Source of the DNA: Spirochaetaceae bacterium
GTDB lineage: Bacteria > Spirochaetota > Spirochaetia > Treponematales > Breznakiellaceae
Reading direction: 5' to 3'
Assembly (NCBI GenBank): GCA_031290855.1
Contig: JAISLM010000021.1
Coordinates: 1 to 51,394 of the forward strand
DNA length: 51,394 nt
Of the stretch, positions 44,139-51,394 are shown one piece after another (positions within the stretch are counted from its first letter, which is position 1; each line of letters opens with the position of its first letter). The notes under the pieces were generated by a model. The model worked only from the letters and a program-made list of their open reading frames with translations. It did not search any database and was not told the origin of the DNA. A program made the position numbers and the translations under genes.

Positions 44139-47100
44139 CTAAAAATTCGATCCCGCCCGTGAAATCAACTCCTCGTCACGTTCCGTAAGCGGTATCTGCT
44201 TCTCTTTTTCATCGTATATCGTCATGTCAAGCGCAAGTCCGCGAAGTTCCTGCACAAGCACGTTAAAGGATTCCGGGATACCGGCGGTTGTGGAAGGCTC
44301 CCCCTTCACTATCGCTTCGTAGATTTTAGACCGTCCCGTCATATCGTCCGACTTTATCGTTAAAAGTTCCTGCAAAGTGTTTGCCGCGCCGTAGGCTTCC
44401 AGCGCCCACACCTCCATCTCGCCCAGACGCTGGCCGCCGAACTGCGCCTTACCGCCGAGAGGCTGCTGGGTTACCAAGGAGTAGGGCCCTGTCGAGCGGG
44501 CGTGCATCTTGTCGTCAACCAGATGGTGCAGCTTGAGAAAGTAGATAACCCCGCAGAATATCGGGTTTATGAACGGCTCGCCCGTGCGCCCGTCCCGCAG
44601 AATCGTCTTTGAATTGGAAGGCAGACCGGCCTCTTTCAGCTTTTCTTCAATCTCCTCGGCAGACGGAGACTGGAATACCGGCGCGGAGTACCATTCGTTC
44701 AACTTCACGCCTGCCCAGCCAAGCTCGGTTTCCAGCAACTGGCCTATATTCATGCGGCTCGGTACACCGAGCGGTGTCAGGCAGAGGTCGAGCGGTGTGC
44801 CGTCTTCCATGTACGGCATATCCTCTTCCGGCAAAATTCGGGCAACGACGCCCTTGTTGCCGTGCCTGCCGGCCATCTTGTCGCCCTCTCGCAGCTTCCG
44901 CTTTGCGGCAATCAACACCTTCACCACCTCCTCAACACCCGGGTTCAGGTCATCCTTCTCACTTCGGCGGAGACGCTGAATATCTATCACCGTCCCGTCA
45001 ACGCCGTGCGGGGCGCGCAGCGACGAATCGCGCACCTCCTTGGCCTTCTCGCCGAAAATCGAGTTTAGAAGCTTAAATTCCGGCGTCGTCTCGGTTTCGC
45101 GTTTCGGCGTAACTTTACCTACCAGAATATCGCCGTCCCGTACTTTGGACCCGACGCAGATTATGCCCTCCGCGTCCAGGTTATCAAGGCTCTTTTCGCT
45201 TGCGTTAGGGATATCACGCGTTATCTTTTCCGGCCCCAGCTTGGTTTCCCTCACCTCGGTTATGAATTCCTTTATGTGTATCGACGTGAACATATCATCC
45301 TTTACCACGCGCCGGGAAATCAAAATCGAATCCTCGTAGTTGTACCCGTTCCACGGCATAAAGCCGACAAGCACATTCCGGCCCAAAGCCAGTTCGCCGT
45401 CCTCGGTCGCCGGGCCGTCCGCTATCACCTGCCCTTCTGTAACCTTGTCGCCGGGAAGCACTATCGGACGCTGATTGTAACAGGTATCCTGATTCGTGCG
45501 TTGAAACTTTATCAGCGGATACTTGTCAACAGCATTCTTGTCCTGATCCGGCGTTACATCTATAAGCGTCGCGGTAACCCTCTTGACTACGCCTGAACGT
45601 TTCGCCTTTACCAGTACGCCGGAATCGTAGGCGCACTTCTCCTCCATGCCGGTTCCCACCCGCGGGGCTTCGGGGAACACCAGCGGCACCGCCTGCCTTT
45701 GCATGTTGGAACCCATCAAAGCGCGGTTTGCGTCATCGTGTTCAAGGAACGGGATAAGGCTTGCCGAAACGGAGATAATTTGCTTGGGCGACACGTCCAT
45801 GTAATGAAGGTCTTCCGGCGTGCGCGTAGTATAGTCTCCCTGCCTCCGGCACGAAACCTGCTCGTCCACAAACGAACCGTCCTTGTTCAGCCTGGCGGAA
45901 GCCTGCGCTATGTAATACTTGTCCTCTTCAATCGCGGAGAGGTACTCAATCTGGGCCGTCGCTTTGCCGCCGGCAACCTTGCGGTACGGCGTTTCCAGGA
46001 AGCCGTAATCGTTCACCTTTGTATAGTTTGCCAGCGACACGATTAGGCCTATGTTCGGACCTTCCGGCGTCTCTATAGGGCACATCCTGCCGTAATGCGT
46101 GTAGTGTACGTCACGTACCTCGAAACCCGCCCTTTCGCGGGAAAGCCCTCCCGGTCCAAGCGCGTTAAGACGGCGCTTGTGGGTAAGCTCCGCCAGCGGG
46201 TTTACCTGATCCATGAACTGGGAAAGCTGGCTTGAACCGAAGAATTCTTTTATCGCTGCCACAAGCGGCTTTATCGAAATAATATCCTGGGGCTTTATCG
46301 TATCCGTTTCTTTAAGGCTCATACGCTCGCGGGCAATACGTTCCATGCGGCTGAACGCCGTTTTGATGATGTTTGACAGCAGCTCGCCGACGGAACGGAC
46401 GCGGCGGTTGCCCAGATGGTCTATATCGTCGGCGTTTTCAAAACCGGCGTACACTTTGATAAGGAATTTCATCGTAGCGATGATGTCCGGCCTTGTCAGA
46501 ACAGTCTCTTTAAGAGGCGGTTCGTGATCAAACTTCTTGTTCAGCTTGTAACGCCCAACACGTCCCAGATCGTAGCGCCGCGAAGTAAAGAACATTCCGG
46601 TAAGATCCTTCTTTGCCTGTTCGTACGTTACCGATTCGCCGGGAGACAGCACGCTGTACACATGGGCAAGGGCTTCCTCCTCGGTAGGTTCGTCATGGTC
46701 CTTGTTTTCACAGGGAAATTTGATCGCCTCACGCTCAAAACAGTTGATCAGTATCGGGGAATCCAGTGAATCCGGCGCTTCAAAGTTGATAAGTTTAACC
46801 TGCGTAACGCCGTTTTCCAAAAGCTCATCAACATTGTGCGGGTGGAGTTTCTCGCCCGCCGGGTACAGCTTCTTCCGCGCGTCCGCGCCTTCCTCTTCCG
46901 GGCCGGAAACCATGACGGGAACAGCGAGCACACGCCCGGTAAACCGTTCTCTCGTCTCGTCATCATCCTTTACGTCGCACGTTTCCACCGTGTAAAACGC
47001 CTTGATTATGTCCTCGCGGGTCGAAAACCCTAAGGCCCGGAGGAAAATGGTGCCAAGAATACGTTTTTTACGGTCAACCTTGGCGTAAATAAGCTCACGC

Positions 47101-47684
47101 TTAAGGTCAATCTCGAATTCAAGCCATGAGCCGCGGTACGGAATGATTCTGGACGAAAAAACACCCTTTTCGTGACAAAAGATAACACCGGGCGAGCGGT
47201 GAATCTGCGAAACAACCACCCGCTCCGCTCCGTTGATTATGAAAGTCCCCCTGTCCGTCATCAGCGGAATATCGCCCATGTATATATCTTTTTGCCGGAT
47301 TTCACCTGTTGACTTGAAAATCAGGTTTACCCGCGCCTTCAGCGACACGCAATAGGTAAGCCCTTTCTGTTTACATTGCTGTTCTGAAAATTTGATGCTG
47401 CCGTCATCGAGGGTGTAGTGATCAAAAGTGAGCGTCATCTCGTCGTCCGGACTAGAAATCGGAAAAATCGATTTAAACGCTTCCTCAATTCCCTGCAATT
47501 TCAGCGGCTCACCTGCAAGCAGCGCACGCCTCTGCAAAAATCCTTCATAGGACGCGCTCTGGATATCAATAAGGTTAGGAAGTTCCATCACATCCTGAAT
47601 ATCCTTACCCACATACTTTCGTTCTTTTTTCTGTTTTTTTTCGTCTTTTTCCAATTTGCCGATCTTTCCCTTGACTGCCGTCAT
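44139..47684 (-). CDS. rpoB: DNA-directed RNA polymerase subunit beta
   Basis: Canonical RpoB blocks ([34 protein letters not shown]). The start was set at the ATG at 47684, behind GAGGGG. Confidence 0.97.
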   Translation of the reverse strand: MTAVKGKIGKLEKDEKKQKKERKYVGKDIQDVMELPNLIDIQSASYEGFLQRRALLAGEPLKLQGIEEAFKSIFPISSPDDEMTLTFDHYTLDDGSIKFSEQQCKQKGLTYCVSLKARVNLIFKSTGEIRQKDIYMGDIPLMTDRGTFIINGAERVVVSQIHRSPGVIFCHEKGVFSSRIIPYRGSWLEFEIDLKRELIYAKVDRKKRILGTIFLRALGFSTREDIIKAFYTVETCDVKDDDETRERFTGRVLAVPVMVSGPEEEGADARKKLYPAGEKLHPHNVDELLENGVTQVKLINFEAPDSLDSPILINCFEREAIKFPCENKDHDEPTEEEALAHVYSVLSPGESVTYEQAKKDLTGMFFTSRRYDLGRVGRYKLNKKFDHEPPLKETVLTRPDIIATMKFLIKVYAGFENADDIDHLGNRRVRSVGELLSNIIKTAFSRMERIARERMSLKETDTIKPQDIISIKPLVAAIKEFFGSSQLSQFMDQVNPLAELTHKRRLNALGPGGLSRERAGFEVRDVHYTHYGRMCPIETPEGPNIGLIVSLANYTKVNDYGFLETPYRKVAGGKATAQIEYLSAIEEDKYYIAQASARLNKDGSFVDEQVSCRRQGDYTTRTPEDLHYMDVSPKQIISVSASLIPFLEHDDANRALMGSNMQRQAVPLVFPEAPRVGTGMEEKCAYDSGVLVKAKRSGVVKRVTATLIDVTPDQDKNAVDKYPLIKFQRTNQDTCYNQRPIVLPGDKVTEGQVIADGPATEDGELALGRNVLVGFMPWNGYNYEDSILISRRVVKDDMFTSIHIKEFITEVRETKLGPEKITRDIPNASEKSLDNLDAEGIICVGSKVRDGDILVGKVTPKRETETTPEFKLLNSIFGEKAKEVRDSSLRAPHGVDGTVIDIQRLRRSEKDDLNPGVEEVVKVLIAAKRKLREGDKMAGRHGNKGVVARILPEEDMPYMEDGTPLDLCLTPLGVPSRMNIGQLLETELGWAGVKLNEWYSAPVFQSPSAEEIEEKLKEAGLPSNSKTILRDGRTGEPFINPIFCGVIYFLKLHHLVDDKMHARSTGPYSLVTQQPLGGKAQFGGQRLGEMEVWALEAYGAANTLQELLTIKSDDMTGRSKIYEAIVKGEPSTTAGIPESFNVLVQELRGLALDMTIYDEKEKQIPLTERDEELISRAGSNF

Positions 47685-48008
47685 ACTACCCCTCTGCAAC
47701 GTGAATTTGGGCAGGCCTGTCAAAACCGCCGGTTTTACAAACGGCCTGCTCTTAAATTTATGACGATAAAGCGCTTACGTTTTTTGGCGCGGGGCTATCG
47801 GCTATAACACAACACCCAACACCCCTGCCGCTTTACGCCGCATACAAACTTGCGGTATTTCTTTTTCCCGTGTGTCAGGTATCGTATTACAACCCTCTCC
47901 CTTACGCTGCCGCGTAAACGCGGCCTTCGCTGTTGTATGATTACACTTTATTGTCAAAGGAGGCTGTTCCATGCTTCCCGCCTGGAACTCCCCCCGGTTG
48001 GCTTTTCA

Positions 48009-48044
48009 AATTTGAACCGGAAGCGCGGGCGCCCGGTTCAAATT
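48009..48044 (-). other. 12-bp hairpin in the rplL-rpoB spacer (attenuator-like)
   Basis: AATTTGAACCGG-12 nt-CCGGTTCAAATT, 30 nt downstream of the rplL stop. There is no clear U-tract. Confidence 0.6.
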
Positions 48045-48073
48045 CCCGAAAGACCATGTAAAAAATGGAAATT

Positions 48074-48463
48074 CTACTGAATTTCCACCGTGCCGCCCGC
48101 CTCGGTAACGGACTTCTTGATCTTCTCGGCTTCTTCTTTGGGGATGTTTTCTTTGATCGGTTTGGGCGCGCCCTCGACAAGGTCTTTCGCTTCTTTAAGC
48201 CCCAAGCCGGTAACCGCGCGGACTTCCTTAATCACCGCGATTTTCTTTGAGTCGTCATACGCCTTCAGGGAAACGGTAAACTCCGTCTTTTCCTCCACAG
48301 GCGCCACCGCTCCTCCCGAAGCCGCCCCCACCGCCGCAACCGCCACAGGGGCGGCCGCGGAAACGCCGAATTTCTCCTCCATCGCCTTGACCAATTCCGA
48401 AACTTCAAGGACGGTCATGGAAGCTATAGCCTCCAAAATCTGTTCTGTTGTTAACGCTGCCAT
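48074..48463 (-). CDS. rplL: 50S ribosomal protein L7/L12
   Basis: The Ala-rich hinge and C-terminal [28 protein letters not shown] are canonical. Confidence 0.95.
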   Translation of the reverse strand: MAALTTEQILEAIASMTVLEVSELVKAMEEKFGVSAAAPVAVAAVGAASGGAVAPVEEKTEFTVSLKAYDDSKKIAVIKEVRAVTGLGLKEAKDLVEGAPKPIKENIPKEEAEKIKKSVTEAGGTVEIQ

Positions 48464-48717
48464 TATTACCTTCTCCTACTAAAAAATTAACGGAAGAATA
48501 CTCCCCCGCCGCCGCCCGGTCAAAACAAATTCAACCGTCGCGGCATATACCGCCTGACAGGACGCAGCCACGAAGCCTGACAGGACAGACCCGCCCGTAC
48601 AAAAGCACAGGACAGTCTTTCAATAAAACAGACCGGCTCCTGCAAGCCGGGTCCGCCAAAATTCCAAACCGGAGTTTGAGCGGATCGCAAACCCCGATAC
48701 AAGCGCACGAATCGCGT

Positions 48718-49272
48718 TTATACGGCCTCCGCTTTTTTGTCAGCCGCGGCTTTGATCGTACGCACCAGTCTTGACGGGATGTCGTTCAGCGCCGCCGCAA
48801 GATTCCGTGCCGGGCCGTTCATTACGGACATTAGCATAGAAAGCAGTTCCAGCCTGCCGGGCAGCTTTGAGAAAGCCTCTATCTGTTTGGCGTCGTAGAC
48901 ACTGCCGGCGACAAGACCGCCTTTTATAGTGAGCGCGGGGGCCTCTTTCGAAAAATCAAACAATACCTTGGCGATCTCGTTTGAATCTTTGGGCGCGACC
49001 GCTATCGCGGTAGGCCCGACAAGGTACGACGAAACGTCAGGCGTGGAAAGCTCCTCAAACGCGATTCGGGCAAAGTTATTTTTTACCACTTTGTAGACCG
49101 CGTTCTTGGCCCTCATCTGCTTTCGCAATTCCGTTATCTGCGCCACAGAGATACCCCTGTACTCCGTAAAAATAAAATCCTGGGGCGCGGCTTCCCTGCC
49201 CCTCAAGATTTCTTTTATCTCCGCTATAGCCTTGGTTTTATAACCCTGTATCTTTTTTGCCGCTATTGCCAT
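48718..49272 (-). CDS. rplJ: 50S ribosomal protein L10
   Basis: Position between rplA and rplL. L10-like sequence (FTEYRGISVAQITELRKQMR). Confidence 0.92.
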   Translation of the reverse strand: MAIAAKKIQGYKTKAIAEIKEILRGREAAPQDFIFTEYRGISVAQITELRKQMRAKNAVYKVVKNNFARIAFEELSTPDVSSYLVGPTAIAVAPKDSNEIAKVLFDFSKEAPALTIKGGLVAGSVYDAKQIEAFSKLPGRLELLSMLMSVMNGPARNLAAALNDIPSRLVRTIKAAADKKAEAV

Positions 49273-49287
49273 AAACCGCTCCTGTAT

Positions 49288-49965
49288 TTAATCGTTGCCG
49301 GCAGACGTCCAAACGCCCGGTCCCATCGTCGAGGCCAGCGACACGCTCTGCATAAAATCACCTTTCGCCTCCGCCGGTTTCTTGCGTTTAATCTCACTTA
49401 TCAGGGCTTTTACGTTCTCGGCAATCTTGTCCGTGTCCATAGACACCTTGCCGATGGCAAGGTGTACCACGCCCGTCTTGTCCGCCCGGAATTCCACCCG
49501 CCCCTTCTTCAACTCGGAAAGGGCGCCCTTTATGTCAAAGGTTACAGTACCGGCCTTGGGATTCGGCATCAAACCTCGCCTGCCAAGCACCACCCCCAGC
49601 TTACCCACATCTTTCATCATGTCCGGCGTAGCAACCGCTATATCAAAATCGAGCCAACCGCCTTTTATTTTTTCTATAAGGTCGTCTCCGCCTATAAAGG
49701 TGGCTCCGGCTTCCTTGGCCTCGGTCTCTTTTTCGGCCTTGCAGAAGACCAAAACACGTTTTTCGCCACGAAACTGGTTGGGAAGCGTCATGGTATCGCG
49801 TACAGTCTGGCTTTTTTTCAGGTTCAGCTTTACCGAAACGTCAACCGTTTCGTCAAATTTAGCAAAACTAAGCGATTTTACCGTCTCTACGGCCTGTTTT
49901 ATATCAAGAACGGCAGACGGATCGTATTTTTTCAGGGCTTCGCGGTATTTTTTTCCGTGCTTCAT
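49288..49965 (-). CDS. rplA: 50S ribosomal protein L1
   Basis: [15 protein letters not shown]...[14 protein letters not shown] is canonical L1. Confidence 0.95.
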   Translation of the reverse strand: MKHGKKYREALKKYDPSAVLDIKQAVETVKSLSFAKFDETVDVSVKLNLKKSQTVRDTMTLPNQFRGEKRVLVFCKAEKETEAKEAGATFIGGDDLIEKIKGGWLDFDIAVATPDMMKDVGKLGVVLGRRGLMPNPKAGTVTFDIKGALSELKKGRVEFRADKTGVVHLAIGKVSMDTDKIAENVKALISEIKRKKPAEAKGDFMQSVSLASTMGPGVWTSAGND

Positions 49966-50393
49966 TTTTCCACCTCTACGCCCATAGAACGCGCCGTACC
50001 GGCGATTATATTAAGCGCTCCCGGCAGATCAACCGCGGAAAGGTCCGGCATCTTGAGTTTTGCAATCTCTTCAAGCTTCGGTTTGGATATTTTGCCTACT
50101 TTGACCTTGTGCGGCTCGGCGGAGCCTTTTTCAATACCCGCCGCCTTTTTTATCAGCACGGCGGCCGGCGGCGTTTTCAGGATGAACGTAAACGACTTAT
50201 CCTGATAAACCGTTATCACGGCCGGTATCACAAGACCCGGCTCCATGTTTTTCGTCCTGTCGTTGAACTGTTGGACGAACTGCGGGGCGCTTACCCCGTG
50301 CGGGCCAAGCGCCGGGCCCACAGGCGGGGCCGGCGTAGCCTTACCCGCCGGGCACTGTAACTTGATCAGCGCCGTAATTTTTTTCTTTGCCAT
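49962..50393 (-). CDS. rplK: 50S ribosomal protein L11
   Basis: [24 protein letters not shown] is canonical L11. Confidence 0.95.
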   Translation of the reverse strand: MAKKKITALIKLQCPAGKATPAPPVGPALGPHGVSAPQFVQQFNDRTKNMEPGLVIPAVITVYQDKSFTFILKTPPAAVLIKKAAGIEKGSAEPHKVKVGKISKPKLEEIAKLKMPDLSAVDLPGALNIIAGTARSMGVEVEK

Positions 50394-50460
50394 TGCATCT
50401 CCCTGTAGTTTTAACGAGGTTTCCCTCTCCTACACTAAAAACCCCCGCTATACGCGGCGG

Positions 50461-51018
50461 CTATATTTTTTCAACCTGCATAAGGTCCACATCTACCGGC
50501 GTGTTGCGTCCAAAGATGCCCACCATGACCTTAAGCCTGTTCTTTTCCGCGTTCACTTCTTCGATGGTGCCGGTAAAAGACTCAAACGGCCCGTCCGTTA
50601 TTTTTACCTGCTCGCCCGGGTTAAACGTCTGGCGCGTACGTACCGGCCTTTCGCCCTTGATTTCGCCGGCCTTCTGCAATATTGCCCGCGCCTCGTCCGG
50701 GCTTAGCGGCTGTGGTTTCCGGTTTGCCGGCGTACAGACAAAACCCGTAACCCCCTGAATCCCCCTGATCTTGGAATTTGTCTCCTTCCAATCGTTGTCC
50801 GGCAGGTCCAGTTCCACCAGCATATAGCCCGGATAAAACTTTTTTGTTATTACCCGTTTTTTGCCGTCCTTAACCTCGGTAACATCCTCCGTAGGAATCT
50901 TGACGTCCCGAACAATTTCTTTGTTCAGTTCGCCCGATTCAAGCATCAAACGAATAGTCTTTTCGATTCGTTGTTCATACCCTGAATAGACATGGAGTAC
51001 ATACCAGCCTGCCGCCAT
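50461..51018 (-). CDS. nusG: Transcription termination/antitermination factor NusG
   Basis: NGN start [11 protein letters not shown] and KOW segment [21 protein letters not shown]. Confidence 0.95.
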   Translation of the reverse strand: MAAGWYVLHVYSGYEQRIEKTIRLMLESGELNKEIVRDVKIPTEDVTEVKDGKKRVITKKFYPGYMLVELDLPDNDWKETNSKIRGIQGVTGFVCTPANRKPQPLSPDEARAILQKAGEIKGERPVRTRQTFNPGEQVKITDGPFESFTGTIEEVNAEKNRLKVMVGIFGRNTPVDVDLMQVEKI

Positions 51019-51027
51019 AAAACTTCC

Positions 51028-51207
51028 TTAAAATATCGCCTGAATGCCCAGCAGCAACAACACGTCCACCAGACCCAGCACAACGGCAATGACAATGGTC
51101 GAAAAAATCACCACCTTTACCGAACTTATCACATCATCCCGGCTGGGCCATATAACTTTTTTCAGCTCGGCATACGACTCATTTATAAATTTAACAATTT
51201 TGCGCAT
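51028..51207 (-). CDS. secE: Preprotein translocase subunit SecE (59 aa, below the ORF-track cutoff)
   Basis: Manual translation MRKIVKFINESYAELKKVIWPSRDDVISSVKVVIFSTIVIAVVLGLVDVLLLLGIQAIF. It shows the SecE pattern (ELKKV.WPS plus one TM segment) and sits upstream of nusG. Confidence 0.82.
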   Translation of the reverse strand: MRKIVKFINESYAELKKVIWPSRDDVISSVKVVIFSTIVIAVVLGLVDVLLLLGIQAIF

Positions 51208-51394
51208 TAAAACCTCGCAGAATTTCGACTATACAATAAGACCCGCCCCGTGTTCAAGTAGCGGTCTGCCGTGCACCCGCCCGTTAACGGGTTATCACTT
51301 ACAGGCGCAGTAGGCTTCCCTTCCATTCGGCGTCATCCATGACGCCTCATTACAGGCCGCGGTTCAGCCCTTACGCTACATCCATGTAGCTTTT

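Noticed and set aside
39725-47807. Numerous plus-strand ORFs antisense to rpoC and rpoB
   Set aside because: They lie opposite strongly conserved genes and have biased, low-complexity composition. They are typical antisense artefacts.
51208-51394. Expected rpmG or tRNA-Trp upstream of secE
   Set aside because: There is no tRNA cloverleaf and no L33-like translation in any minus frame. Only palindromes are present (ACCCGTTAACGGGT, GGCGTCAT-CC-ATGACGCC) plus the last codons of an unidentified upstream ORF at the window edge.

Overview
This 51.4-kb chromosomal segment is probably from a spirochaete (Treponema-like). That assignment is inferred from gene content only: a FliG paralog with an N-terminal extension, SPOR and PEGA envelope proteins, and a BMP-type ABC operon. 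The right ~40% is conserved core on the minus strand: secE-nusG-rplK-rplA-rplJ-rplL-rpoB-rpoC, tRNA-Leu, LolA-like, RodZ-like, an EEP lipoprotein, a BMP ABC operon behind an FMN riboswitch, a fliG paralog and polA. The left ~60% mixes housekeeping genes (MATE, bioY-ecfA-ecfT, tex, rluA-family, coaE, infA, four tRNAs) with decaying accessory DNA. That accessory DNA includes an edge-truncated IS4-type IS, an ISNCY-like transposase relic, a degenerate RAYT/IS200-like ORF, a gene fragment, a frameshifted solute-binding gene and an orphan ABC permease. At least six families of dispersed, hairpin-rich repeats (called A-F here) fill almost every long intergenic region. I saw no rRNA, CRISPR array, prophage or recognisable defence operon. 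The most notable observations are: (1) an exact sigma-54 -24/-12 promoter in front of an RpoS-like sigma factor gene; (2) a REP-like palindrome network (core GGGTCAGACCCC) with long and short structured forms, centred on a degenerate RAYT-like gene; (3) an FMN riboswitch that reassigns the BMP ABC operon to riboflavin uptake; (4) a C15 homopolymer tract; (5) repeat insertions that coincide exactly with gene truncations. All coordinates and motif matches were read by eye, and no database search was possible.
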